From positions 450,697 through 514,696 of the forward strand of contig SCSM01000011.1 of assembly GCA_004322215.1 (NCBI GenBank): a DNA stretch of 64,000 bases, written 5' to 3'. Within the stretch, counting starts at the first letter, position 1; each line of letters starts with the position of its first letter. A model generated the notes under the pieces. That model was not told the origin of the DNA. It saw only the letters and a list, made by a program, of their open reading frames with translations, and ran no database searches. The stretch is from Bacteroidota bacterium (GTDB lineage: Bacteria > Bacteroidota > Ignavibacteria > Kapaibacteriales > UBA2268). This document shows, in pieces, positions 48,521-58,504 of the stretch. The position numbers and the translations under genes are program-made.

Positions 48521-49492
48521 ATGAAGAAGGAAATAAAAAAGATACTCGTTACCGGTTCTGTCGGACAAATTGGCTCTGAGTTAACTCTTGCACTTAGAAA
48601 AAAATATGGTGCTGAAAACGTGATTGCAACCGGAAGAAAAACCGAACCGAGCAAAGAATTGCGTGAGTCGGGTCCTTTCCATTTTATCAATGTGAATGAC
48701 CCTGCATCAGTCGAAGAAATGATAAAAAAATATAATATTGATACGATAGTTCACATGGCTGCTATTCTTTCCGGTGTTGGTGAGAAAAATCCGATGCTTT
48801 GCTGGGATGTAAATATGAATGGCACAATAGTAATTCTTAATCTTGCTGTTCAATATGAAATGGCAAGAGTTATTATTCCGAGCTCAATAGCTGTTTGGGG
48901 ACCGGGCACACCTGCTAAGGCACCGCAGGAAACGGCTCTGAAACCAACAACAATGTATGGAGTAACAAAGGTTGCCGGCGAATTACTGGCAGATTATTAT
49001 GTAAGGAAATTCGGATTAGACAGCCGCGGTTTGCGCTATCCTGGTATCATATCTTCCGAAACGCTTCCCGGGGGTGGTACAACTGATTACGCTGTGGCTA
49101 TTTATTATGAAGCTGTCAAAAACAAGCACTACACTTGCTTTGTCAATGAACAGACAAAGCTTCCCATGATGTATATGCCTGATTGCATTAAATCAACTAT
49201 GGATTTGATGGAAGCACCTTTTGAAAAACTGAAACATCATAATGATTTCAATGTCGGTTCTATGAGTTTTGATGTAAAGACTTTAGCAAATTCCATTAAG
49301 AAATATATACCGGAATTCACCATTAATTATGAGCCGGATTTCAGACAGGCAATTGCAGATTCCTGGCCCGATGATGTTGAAGATTCAGCCGCCCGTGAAG
49401 AATGGGGTTGGAAGCCATCTTATGACCTCGATTCAATGACAAAGGATATGCTTGCCAATTTGACTGAAAAACATAAAAAAGGACTTATTTAA
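48521..49492 (+). CDS. tdh: L-threonine 3-dehydrogenase, SDR/epimerase type
   Basis: TGSVGQIG, PSSIA, YGVTK, RYPG, PGGGTTDYAV, RQAIADSWP; follows kbl. Start placed at 48521 (AAGGA SD). Confidence 0.88.
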   Translation: MKKEIKKILVTGSVGQIGSELTLALRKKYGAENVIATGRKTEPSKELRESGPFHFINVNDPASVEEMIKKYNIDTIVHMAAILSGVGEKNPMLCWDVNMNGTIVILNLAVQYEMARVIIPSSIAVWGPGTPAKAPQETALKPTTMYGVTKVAGELLADYYVRKFGLDSRGLRYPGIISSETLPGGGTTDYAVAIYYEAVKNKHYTCFVNEQTKLPMMYMPDCIKSTMDLMEAPFEKLKHHNDFNVGSMSFDVKTLANSIKKYIPEFTINYEPDFRQAIADSWPDDVEDSAAREEWGWKPSYDLDSMTKDMLANLTEKHKKGLI

Positions 49493-49557
49493 TTAACAAT
49501 TCAAAATTAAGAAATAACAATTAAAATTATAAAACCCTATCAATTCGGTGGGGTTTT

Positions 49558-50385
49558 TTATTTCTTTTTGATTCTTACTGCAATATTGTATGCTATTACA
49601 CCGTAGGGAATCCGGTAATCAATCTGAGATATCCAATAAAATGGTTTGAGAAGAATTCTTACTAATCGCATCGGGAGAATAATATTCAGAAAACTTTCAA
49701 GATTCATTGTAAATACTTCAATGAATAAGCCCGACCTGAATACTTTCTCTATTGTATATTTCTCTGAAAAGCCCGATTGGTCAAGCATTTTTATATAATC
49801 TTTCAATGAATAATGGAAATGTTTTTCCTGGTGTTCGGGATTATAGTCTTTTGGAATTTTTCCTGATTTTATCAATCTGATAAATTTATACGTAACCTTA
49901 TACACCCATGGTAACCATTTCCTAAGATAATACCCATAATTATACGGGTCAAGTAATGCAAATAATCCTTTATGAGGTGTTGATATGATAATCGTTCCGC
50001 CCAATTGCAAAATTCTGTTCATTTCATTCAATGACTGAATTTTATCCTGTGTGTGTTCGAGAACATCATTGATTACAATTGCATCGAAAAATTCACTTGC
50101 AAAATCGGTGTGTTCGAGCATACAGCATTTGAAATTAATATCAGTATATCTTTTTTGTGCTATTTCTATATGTTTAGGATTAACATCAATCCCAAAAACA
50201 TTTTTACTTTTTTTTCTGAAGAAACGTGTCCCATAGCCATAAGAACAGCCGCCGTCTAATAAATTTTCAATCCCTTCAGGTAACCAATTGAAAGAAAGTT
50301 TAATACGGTTGGTAATATCATGTTCGGGAAATTCTTTGAATTCCTTTAAATCATCGTTATTCTTTATATTTTGAATTCTTATCAT
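49558..50385 (-). CDS. Class I SAM-dependent methyltransferase
   Basis: LDGGCSYG, GIDVN, DVLEH, GTIIISTP. Confidence 0.85.
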   Translation of the reverse strand: MIRIQNIKNNDDLKEFKEFPEHDITNRIKLSFNWLPEGIENLLDGGCSYGYGTRFFRKKSKNVFGIDVNPKHIEIAQKRYTDINFKCCMLEHTDFASEFFDAIVINDVLEHTQDKIQSLNEMNRILQLGGTIIISTPHKGLFALLDPYNYGYYLRKWLPWVYKVTYKFIRLIKSGKIPKDYNPEHQEKHFHYSLKDYIKMLDQSGFSEKYTIEKVFRSGLFIEVFTMNLESFLNIILPMRLVRILLKPFYWISQIDYRIPYGVIAYNIAVRIKKK

Positions 50386-51359
50386 TTCTGATTCTTTTTC
50401 TTAAAATAAAAACTCGCCTGGTCTCCCCTGTTTTCTAAATTCAGCTTTTTTGCATCTTCAGAAAATTTTATCATATCGTCTTTAGTGATTAAATCCCTGA
50501 AATCACTCATCGGGTCAGGTGAAAACATTTTTGTTGCCGTTAACGGGATATTATTCTGATACAATATACTTCCCCAAAATTGGAAATCTGTGGAGTCATA
50601 TACGACATTTTCAATTTGAAATCCGGTTCGTTCTGCAAGTATCTCAATACTCTTTTCAGAATGAATGAATATATGCCTTGGTGCATCCAATTGAACCCAA
50701 TCAGTTCCATACTTTTCCCAGGCAAAAGAACCGGTAACAGGAATTCTGATTAACAAAGCACCATCCTTATTTAATAGCATGAACGCTTCATCCATTATTT
50801 CCTTGGGATTGGGCATGTGCTCAAAAGAGAAATGCAGCATAATCAAATCATATATTCCTACGAGTTCACCAAGATATTTTTTATATATAATTATGTTTTT
50901 TCCAATTTTTGAATCCTTATCAATATTCGGGTCAACCCCGGTTAAATTCCTGAATCCGGCTAACTCCAATTCATACAACCTTAATCCCTGACCACTTCCT
51001 ACATCCAAAATTGATGAATTAAAATTTACATTCGTGTATTTTAGCCATTCATAAAATGGAGCAAAACCTTTTCTTTTGTTTATAATTTTCCCGATAACAT
51101 TTTCTTTCCCTGCTGAATGCTGATACCACTTCTTTTTAATAAATCTCTTAACAAAATTTGTTTTTGGTAAATTCAATGAAAAATAATCCTTCGGGTAAAA
51201 TTTCGATAAATCGTCAGGGATTTCTGCTATTTGAATGCATTTACATTTAAAACATTCAAAATATAGAAATTTCTCTCTTGTACCGAACATTTTCTCTTCG
51301 GCTTCAAAAGTATGATTATTTTCAGAATTACCGCAAATTCTGCACTTATTTAAATCCAT
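50382..51359 (-). CDS. Class I SAM-dependent methyltransferase with N-terminal Zn-binding Cys motif
   Basis: CRIC...CFKC, LDVGSGQG, GVDP, FEH, DAPRH; ATGA overlap with the next gene. Confidence 0.85.
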   Translation of the reverse strand: MDLNKCRICGNSENNHTFEAEEKMFGTREKFLYFECFKCKCIQIAEIPDDLSKFYPKDYFSLNLPKTNFVKRFIKKKWYQHSAGKENVIGKIINKRKGFAPFYEWLKYTNVNFNSSILDVGSGQGLRLYELELAGFRNLTGVDPNIDKDSKIGKNIIIYKKYLGELVGIYDLIMLHFSFEHMPNPKEIMDEAFMLLNKDGALLIRIPVTGSFAWEKYGTDWVQLDAPRHIFIHSEKSIEILAERTGFQIENVVYDSTDFQFWGSILYQNNIPLTATKMFSPDPMSDFRDLITKDDMIKFSEDAKKLNLENRGDQASFYFKKKNQK

Positions 51360-51584
51360 AAATTCTGAGAGTAGTCCTAAATAAAATGAGTTGCAAAATT
51401 AACTAATTTCGGTATAATCTATATTATTTATGTAATTTTAAGTTAAATTATAGACAATTTTTTTTATAATGAACATTAGTTATTGAAATTTCGTTAATTT
51501 TTTCATATTTTACGAGTTTAATAAATAAATTCATTCATAATATAAATTAGAAAAATTTTCAATTAATATAATTCAGATATAAAA

Positions 51585-53543
51585 ATGAAAAAAGTTACAT
51601 TATATCAACGACTGAGATACGAATTTGATAATTTAATGTCAAAAGGGACTTTTGCTCCTATTTTGTTGTTATTAGTTGCGGCAGGAGTTTCTATATTTGT
51701 TCTTGCTTTCTTTGTTTATATTACCGGGGCTATTCCAAAAGACCAGTCAATCCAGGGATTGCAAAATATTCACAACATTGGATACTTCGAAACTATTTGG
51801 GTAACAATACTCAGAACTCTCGATGGTGGTGTAGTTGCCTATGACCCGCTTAATACCCTGTTTGTTTTCTTTATGTTCATTGCTACTCTTGGCGGATTGT
51901 TCATGTTAAGTACCTTAATCGGTATTGTCAACAGTGGTGTCGTCAGAAAAATCAGCGACCTGAGAAAAGGAAAGTCATTTGTCGTCGAAAAAAATCATAC
52001 TGTCGTTCTCGGATGGTCGTTCCAGGTATTTCAGATTGTATCAGAGCTTGTTATAGCAAATGAAAACCAAAAAAATCCGAGTATTGCCATACTTGCCGAA
52101 AAAGATAAAGTCGAGATGGAAGATGAAATCAAATCTAAAGTCGGAACTACTCAGAATACAAAGTTGATTTGCCGCACAGGAAATCCGATTGATTTGCAAG
52201 ACCTTGAAATTATAAATCTGAATGAGGCAAAAGCAATTATAATATTAGCGCCTGAAACAGGAGACCCTGATTCAATAGTAATTAAAACTATACTGGCTAT
52301 TACAAATAATCCCCATAGAAAACCTGCTCCACATAAATATCACATTGTTGCTGAGGTAAGAGACCCGAGAAATGTCCGTATAGCTGAAATAGCCGGTAAA
52401 AATGAAGTTCAACTTGTAGTATTCGATTATTTAATTTCTAGAATCACAGCACAAACATGCCGCCAACCGGGTCTTTCGGTTGTATTTACTGAATTACTCG
52501 ATTTCAAAGGCGATGAAATTTATTTCCAGGAAGAATCAAAAATTGTTGGTAAAACATTTGTCGAAGCAATGTTTGCTTATGAAACATCGGCAATTATCGG
52601 CTTGAGAAGACACGATGGCAGAATAATGATAAAGCCACCAATGACAACCAAAATCGAAAGAGGAGACATGGTCATTGCCATATCCGAAGACGACGATACT
52701 GTCATTCTTTCGGGTATGACTGAGTTCGGAATTGACCCTGGTGCTATAAGAATAGCACCGAAATACGTACCTCCAAAACCGGAAGCAACATTGATTCTCG
52801 GATGGAACAGACGTGCTCCACTTATTCTTAACGAACTCGATAATTACGTTTGGCCCGGTTCTAAAATTACTGTGGTTGCCGACAGTATGGCAGTCGAGAA
52901 GGAACTGGCAACCCATTGTTCCGGTTTAACACATCAAACCGTTACTTTCTGGCTCGGCGACACTACCAACAGAAGAATTCTTGACGACTTACAAATTGAG
53001 CAGTACGACCATATTATAGTTCTTAGCCAAACCGAATTAACTGATGTTCAGTCAACTGATGCCAAGACATTAAGCACATTATTGCATCTAAGAGATATTG
53101 CAGATTTGAAAGGACACACATTTTCAATCGTCAGTGAAATGCTCGATGACAGGAACAGGCAACTTGCTGAAATCACATACACAGACGACTTCATCGTTAG
53201 TGTTAAATTAGACAGTTTGATGCTTTCCCAAATATCCGAAAATAAAGAATTGAAAACCGTTTTTGAAGATTTATTCAGTGCAGGCGGACCTGCAATATAT
53301 ATTAAGCCCGCTGAATTTTATGTAGAGCTCGGAAGACCTGTAAACTTCTATACCGTTATGGAATCTGCAAGACAAAGGAATCAGATTGCCATCGGTTATA
53401 AATTACACCAGCCGAGGAAACAGGCAGACGGGAAAAGCTTACTTGCTTATGGTGTGGTTGTTAATCCGAAAAAATCGAATCAAATGTTCTTCTCGGAAGG
53501 AGATAAAATAATCATTATCTCAGATGAAGAACAATTAGGATAA
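51585..53543 (+). CDS. CASTOR/POLLUX(DMI1)-related cation channel with two RCK domains
   Basis: RLRYEFDNLMSKG, TM-pore-TM (RTLDGGVVAYD), LRKGKS.VVE.NHTVVLGW, LAEKDKVEME, CRQPGLSVVFTELLDFKGDEIY, LILGWN, IVSEMLD.RN. Confidence 0.88.
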   Translation: MKKVTLYQRLRYEFDNLMSKGTFAPILLLLVAAGVSIFVLAFFVYITGAIPKDQSIQGLQNIHNIGYFETIWVTILRTLDGGVVAYDPLNTLFVFFMFIATLGGLFMLSTLIGIVNSGVVRKISDLRKGKSFVVEKNHTVVLGWSFQVFQIVSELVIANENQKNPSIAILAEKDKVEMEDEIKSKVGTTQNTKLICRTGNPIDLQDLEIINLNEAKAIIILAPETGDPDSIVIKTILAITNNPHRKPAPHKYHIVAEVRDPRNVRIAEIAGKNEVQLVVFDYLISRITAQTCRQPGLSVVFTELLDFKGDEIYFQEESKIVGKTFVEAMFAYETSAIIGLRRHDGRIMIKPPMTTKIERGDMVIAISEDDDTVILSGMTEFGIDPGAIRIAPKYVPPKPEATLILGWNRRAPLILNELDNYVWPGSKITVVADSMAVEKELATHCSGLTHQTVTFWLGDTTNRRILDDLQIEQYDHIIVLSQTELTDVQSTDAKTLSTLLHLRDIADLKGHTFSIVSEMLDDRNRQLAEITYTDDFIVSVKLDSLMLSQISENKELKTVFEDLFSAGGPAIYIKPAEFYVELGRPVNFYTVMESARQRNQIAIGYKLHQPRKQADGKSLLAYGVVVNPKKSNQMFFSEGDKIIIISDEEQLG

Positions 53544-53577
53544 ATAACATTTTAGTTACATATTAATATTTATTACT

Positions 53578-55923
53578 ATGAAGAAATCTTGCATTTTTCA
53601 AGGTATTATCAGTTTATTGATTAGTATTATCTCGATGTTGGCTTCTCCCATGTTATTCGCAGCTCCCGGTGATACAATTATCGTTCAAACAGTAACATTT
53701 GATGATACGCTCCAATTAGGAGCCGAAACTTATGTATATCCGCCGCCGAGAGGTGAATTCCATAAAACCCAGAATAATTATTACCAGGGTGGTACTTATT
53801 TGTTTCCACCTGATACATTTCGATTCGAAAAAATTTTAATGTATTTTACTTTAAAATGTGACTCGAAAAATTTCCCTGCCTGCGGTGAATGGGATATAAT
53901 TGCATTCATTTACGCTTATAAGGATTCAAACCGCTTTGAACTTGGTAGATTTGAAACACCTTTTGGTTATGGAGTGAATCTTGGAAATGGATTTACATGG
54001 ATTTATGATGTGAGTGATTTCAGGTCAATACTTAAGGATTCGGTTACTATAAAATATGTTGTTCCTCAGCAAGGTCAAACCCGTTATGAATTATTAGACC
54101 TGAAATTCATGATGATTGAAGGCACCCCTCCAAGAGATGTAATAAATATTGAAAAATTATGGTATGGCGGATTCCGTATCGGAGATAACTTAGACCCGGT
54201 AGATAGCCATCTTCAACCTATTAGAGTTAGTCTTTTACCAAATGTAAAAACAACAAAAATTCGTGCTACCATCGCTGGAGATGGATGGGGAGGTTCTACC
54301 GGCTGTGCGGAATTTTGTGCAAAAGAACATTGGATTGATGTAAATGGTACAAAACGTTTCGATTGGTATGTGTGGGACGATAAATGCGATATGAATCCAT
54401 TGTATCCTCAGGGCGGTACTTGGTTACATGCACGTTCAAACAGATGCCCCGGCGCTCAGATGGAAACTAAGGAATTCGAATTAACACCTTTTGTGAACGA
54501 TTCAGTTGTTACACTTGATTATAATATTGAGCCATACACCTATCCCGAAGACGGGGAATTCTGGCCCTTATATACAATAGAAACTCAATTGGTTTCCTAT
54601 GGCCCTTATAATTTTAAATTGGATGCCTCTGTCGAAAATATAATTGCTCCTAATCCATGGCAATTTTACAACCGTTCAAATCCAATTTGCAGCAAACCTT
54701 CGATTATTTTAAAAAATAATGGCTCGGACAATTTGAGTTCCTTAGACATAGATTATGGTGTTGAAACTTTATCCAACAATACTTATAAGTGGTCCGGAAA
54801 TTTGAAATTCGGAGAAAAAGACACGGTTGAACTCCCACCAATTGATTTTGGTAATCAGGATATAATGGCTTTTTATGCAGAAGTCAAATCCCCAAACGGA
54901 GTTGCTGACGAATATCAATTGAATAACCGGATGACAACAACTACAAAACTCGTTCCTTATTATTTTAATGACTTAATCCTGAAATATCAAACCAATAATT
55001 ATCCTGAAAATCGTTTTTCTTACACTATTAAGGATATTAATGATTCGACAATCTACTATAAAAATGATATTCAGCCGAGTACTTTGTATAATGATACATT
55101 TCATCTAAAAGATGGCTGTTACGAATTAAGATTCATCAATGAAATTGGCTTTGGTATTGATTACTGGTTATTAAAACAACAAAAATATACTTCCGGCTGG
55201 ATTAAGCTTTCAAACCTTTACCGTGATATTAAATTATTTACAGGTGAATTTGGAAGGGAAATATTCCATCAATTCACAGTTGGTCCAAAGCCGATGATTG
55301 TAACTAATTTAGATACCCTTGATTTTGGCAAGGTTAAACTAAACGAACAAAAAGAATTAACGTTTGAAATCAGTCCCGGTAATAATCAATCCTTGCAAAT
55401 AACTAATGTTAATGTAGTATTTGGTATTAATCGCGGTTATCTGGCAACAACAGACCCCCCTATATATAATGAACCTGTAATTCTGAAGAGCGGTGAAAAA
55501 ATGATAATTACTGTAAGGTTCACACCAAAGAAAGAAGGTTCATCTGTAACAAATCTTGTTATAAACTGTAATGATGAAAGATTATTAGATAAAGTTATAA
55601 AATTAATCGGCATTGGTGTCGACCCGAATTCAATAGAAGACAATAATAACATCGAGCCGCCTCTCGAACTTGTTGTTCAGCCCAATCCTGTTCATGAGAA
55701 AGCCGAAATAATTTTTACTGGCTCAACGGGTAATTTTTATAATAATACTAAACTAACATTGATTAATCCTTTAGGTCAGGAATTGAAAGTATTATTTGAT
55801 GGCAGGGCAGACGCTATTTTTAACAAAATAAATTTTACAACAGATGGTATAGCAAAAGGGATTTATTACCTGAATTTGAAATCAGATAATAATGCAACTA
55901 CTATTCCTATTGTTGTTTTCTGA
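53578..55923 (+). CDS. Secreted peptide-N-glycosidase F-like protein with Ig-like domains and T9SS CTD
   Basis: LKC...CGEWD, ELGRFETPF, DVSDF, GCAEFC, NPLYPQGGTW...CPG; CTD QPNPV...NPLGQ...GIYY. Confidence 0.82.
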   Translation: MKKSCIFQGIISLLISIISMLASPMLFAAPGDTIIVQTVTFDDTLQLGAETYVYPPPRGEFHKTQNNYYQGGTYLFPPDTFRFEKILMYFTLKCDSKNFPACGEWDIIAFIYAYKDSNRFELGRFETPFGYGVNLGNGFTWIYDVSDFRSILKDSVTIKYVVPQQGQTRYELLDLKFMMIEGTPPRDVINIEKLWYGGFRIGDNLDPVDSHLQPIRVSLLPNVKTTKIRATIAGDGWGGSTGCAEFCAKEHWIDVNGTKRFDWYVWDDKCDMNPLYPQGGTWLHARSNRCPGAQMETKEFELTPFVNDSVVTLDYNIEPYTYPEDGEFWPLYTIETQLVSYGPYNFKLDASVENIIAPNPWQFYNRSNPICSKPSIILKNNGSDNLSSLDIDYGVETLSNNTYKWSGNLKFGEKDTVELPPIDFGNQDIMAFYAEVKSPNGVADEYQLNNRMTTTTKLVPYYFNDLILKYQTNNYPENRFSYTIKDINDSTIYYKNDIQPSTLYNDTFHLKDGCYELRFINEIGFGIDYWLLKQQKYTSGWIKLSNLYRDIKLFTGEFGREIFHQFTVGPKPMIVTNLDTLDFGKVKLNEQKELTFEISPGNNQSLQITNVNVVFGINRGYLATTDPPIYNEPVILKSGEKMIITVRFTPKKEGSSVTNLVINCNDERLLDKVIKLIGIGVDPNSIEDNNNIEPPLELVVQPNPVHEKAEIIFTGSTGNFYNNTKLTLINPLGQELKVLFDGRADAIFNKINFTTDGIAKGIYYLNLKSDNNATTIPIVVF

Positions 55924-56012
55924 CAGTTTTTATCATAAATTCCAAAATATAATGATTTTCATATTATATTAATTTTTAATTTTTAAAATTTGTAATAAAA
56001 TATTAATTGTTG

Positions 56013-56038
56013 TGAAACATTATAAAGAGGCATGCGTA
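56013..56038 (+). promoter_or_regulatory. Candidate ECF sigma promoter TGAAAC-N16-CGTA
   Basis: TGAAAC at 56013 and CGTA at 56035, 42 bp before the 56080 start. Confidence 0.55.
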
Positions 56039-56079
56039 TCATATTATCAGGCAATTAATTTATCATTTTTGGAGTATTA

Positions 56080-58479
56080 ATGTTTTCGAAAATTAAATTT
56101 ACTTATCTCATAATAATTTTTCTTCTGGCTATTCCATTTACTTACATTTATCCACAAAATCCGAATGTTTTGATTGGGACAATAATTGATTTGGAAACTC
56201 AGAAACCGATTCCGGGTGCTACCTTAAGAATAGTAAATTTTGATAAAGGCACTTATTCTTCATCATCAGGTAAATTCAGGTTACCGGTACCTGTCGGAGC
56301 TTCAAAACTAAAAGTATCATCGCTTGGATATGAAACTAAATATATTGAACTCGAAAGAAAAACAGATACACTCGATATTAAATTAAAACCCTCTTCATTC
56401 AAAATGAAATCTGTTGAAGTTACCGGTCAAATTGATGCTAATGAAATCATCAGGCGTTCAATCGAAAGAAAAGAGGAAAATTTAAAAAAGCTAAAAACAT
56501 TTAGTGGAACTTTATATTCAAAGCTTGTTCTCGAGCTTGCAGGAAGTATTTTCGGAGGTCCCACCCAGGGCGGTTTCCAGGTTGGAAGTGCAATTGGCGA
56601 AACTGCACCTGAAAAATACAAAATGTTTGTTCTGGAAACTTTTTCTAAAACTTATAGGGATTATGAGAAAAATATTACACATACGGATATTTTACAGAGG
56701 CGGCAAACTTCTAATATTCCACCACAACAAAATCTTCTTGCAATTGGCAACTTCATGAACTTCTACGATGATGAAATAGATATGCTTAATACTAAGATTC
56801 AGACTCCTCTCGGAAGTTCTTGCTTCAGCTATTATAATTTTGAATTAATTGAGAGAAATATTCTTGACGATAGATTCGTTTATCTAATCAAAGTACAGCC
56901 AAAAACGTCAACATATCCTGCATTCACAGGAACTATAAGCATTGTTGAAGGTAGTTACAACCTCGTTGAGGTATCTCTGCAACCGAGTCCGAATACCAGA
57001 ATTCCATTCCTCGACAGTTTAACATTTTTGCAAAAATTCGATGAAAGTTTGCAAGGTGTGTGGTATCCGTCATTTCTCGAGGTTACGGCAAAAGCAAGGG
57101 TGGATATCATAAAAGGCATTCTTGAAGCAACCGCTTTTGCAACTGCTACAAGCATATTTAGTGAAACTAAAATTAACGAAGCTTTACCGGATTCAATTTA
57201 TGTACAGGAAAATTCTGGAACTATCACTGTAAGCAAAGAAGCTGATTCATCGAAAACGGAATTTTGGGAGAATAATTCTCAAAGAGAAATTACTCCGCGT
57301 GAATTGAAAATGTATCAGGAAGTTGATTCACTTTCTGCAATTTCTGATTCATTAGAAAAAGAGAAATCTGCTAAGTTCTTTGATTATTTTCCTGATATTC
57401 GATTCAATAGGGTTTGCTCGATTGGGCTGGGAGCAATCGCAAGTTTGTTTTATAAAAAAATAAGTCTGAATGTTGATGCTTATTACAGCTTCGGCCAAAA
57501 AAAGCCCTTTGGTGAGGTGAACTTGAATCTTACAAATATTTTTGATTCAAGTTTTGTAAATCTCAGTTTATACGGAAAATATTTTTCTGATATCGGAAAC
57601 ATCTCAAGTAATATTGATTACCCCTTTTTGGTGAATACCATTTCATCCGCAATTTTTCACGAGGATTATTTCGATTATTACAGGAAAGTTGGCTGGGTTA
57701 CAGGTTTTAATGCAAATATGCGATTTGTAAATTTGTATGGTTTTATGGAAATTTCAAAACAGGATTCTTTACAAAAAACAACCAATAATTCAATCTTCTC
57801 ATCAGGTATTTGGAGAAATAACCCGGTTATTTATCCCGATAATTATCGAATTTTTACTGGTGGATTCACAGTAAATACGTCTTCATTTTTCAGAAATACT
57901 GATTTCAATGCTTCAATAAAATTCAATGCCATTTATGGCGAAATGGAAGAACAAAACACAATTTTCCGTCAGGTTGAAGGAGAATTGAATCTTGTAATTC
58001 CAACTTTTTATACTGGTTACTCTCCAATGAAAATTGAATTATTGCTCATGGCTGGTAAAAGTTGCAAAAGTACTCCGTATCAATATCAATTCAGGATGCC
58101 TACACGATTAGCAATCATAGGACAAACAGGTGTTTTTTATTCTGCACCAATTGGGATCTATGGGGGAAATGAATTCTTAGCCGGACATTTTAATTATAAT
58201 CTGACCGATTTGTGGTGGCGGGCAATTGGATTGTCAAGATACGAAGGAAGAGGAATTGACCTGCTCCTTTCCGGTTCATCAACAAGGTTTATTTCTCCTG
58301 CATCCTCATATTACAAACAAACAGGAAATGATTATTATACAGAAGCTGGTTTCGGATTGAGCAGAATACCTACATTCATTAGCAATGTCGGGTATTTATC
58401 ATTCGATGCCAGATGGGGAATAGGACCAATTGCAAATGGAAATTTCGGCTGGGGTTTGGGAATAACCCTGCCCTTCTAA
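56080..58479 (+). CDS. Outer-membrane protein, CarboxypepD_reg-like N-domain plus DUF5686-like barrel
   Basis: GTIID.ETQKPIPGA...SLGYET N-domain, NFYD, P...FSYYNF, FWENN, C-terminal beta strands ending in Phe. Confidence 0.75.
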   Translation: MFSKIKFTYLIIIFLLAIPFTYIYPQNPNVLIGTIIDLETQKPIPGATLRIVNFDKGTYSSSSGKFRLPVPVGASKLKVSSLGYETKYIELERKTDTLDIKLKPSSFKMKSVEVTGQIDANEIIRRSIERKEENLKKLKTFSGTLYSKLVLELAGSIFGGPTQGGFQVGSAIGETAPEKYKMFVLETFSKTYRDYEKNITHTDILQRRQTSNIPPQQNLLAIGNFMNFYDDEIDMLNTKIQTPLGSSCFSYYNFELIERNILDDRFVYLIKVQPKTSTYPAFTGTISIVEGSYNLVEVSLQPSPNTRIPFLDSLTFLQKFDESLQGVWYPSFLEVTAKARVDIIKGILEATAFATATSIFSETKINEALPDSIYVQENSGTITVSKEADSSKTEFWENNSQREITPRELKMYQEVDSLSAISDSLEKEKSAKFFDYFPDIRFNRVCSIGLGAIASLFYKKISLNVDAYYSFGQKKPFGEVNLNLTNIFDSSFVNLSLYGKYFSDIGNISSNIDYPFLVNTISSAIFHEDYFDYYRKVGWVTGFNANMRFVNLYGFMEISKQDSLQKTTNNSIFSSGIWRNNPVIYPDNYRIFTGGFTVNTSSFFRNTDFNASIKFNAIYGEMEEQNTIFRQVEGELNLVIPTFYTGYSPMKIELLLMAGKSCKSTPYQYQFRMPTRLAIIGQTGVFYSAPIGIYGGNEFLAGHFNYNLTDLWWRAIGLSRYEGRGIDLLLSGSSTRFISPASSYYKQTGNDYYTEAGFGLSRIPTFISNVGYLSFDARWGIGPIANGNFGWGLGITLPF

Positions 58480-58504
58480 TAAATTACGAATTATGCCTAA
58501 TTAA

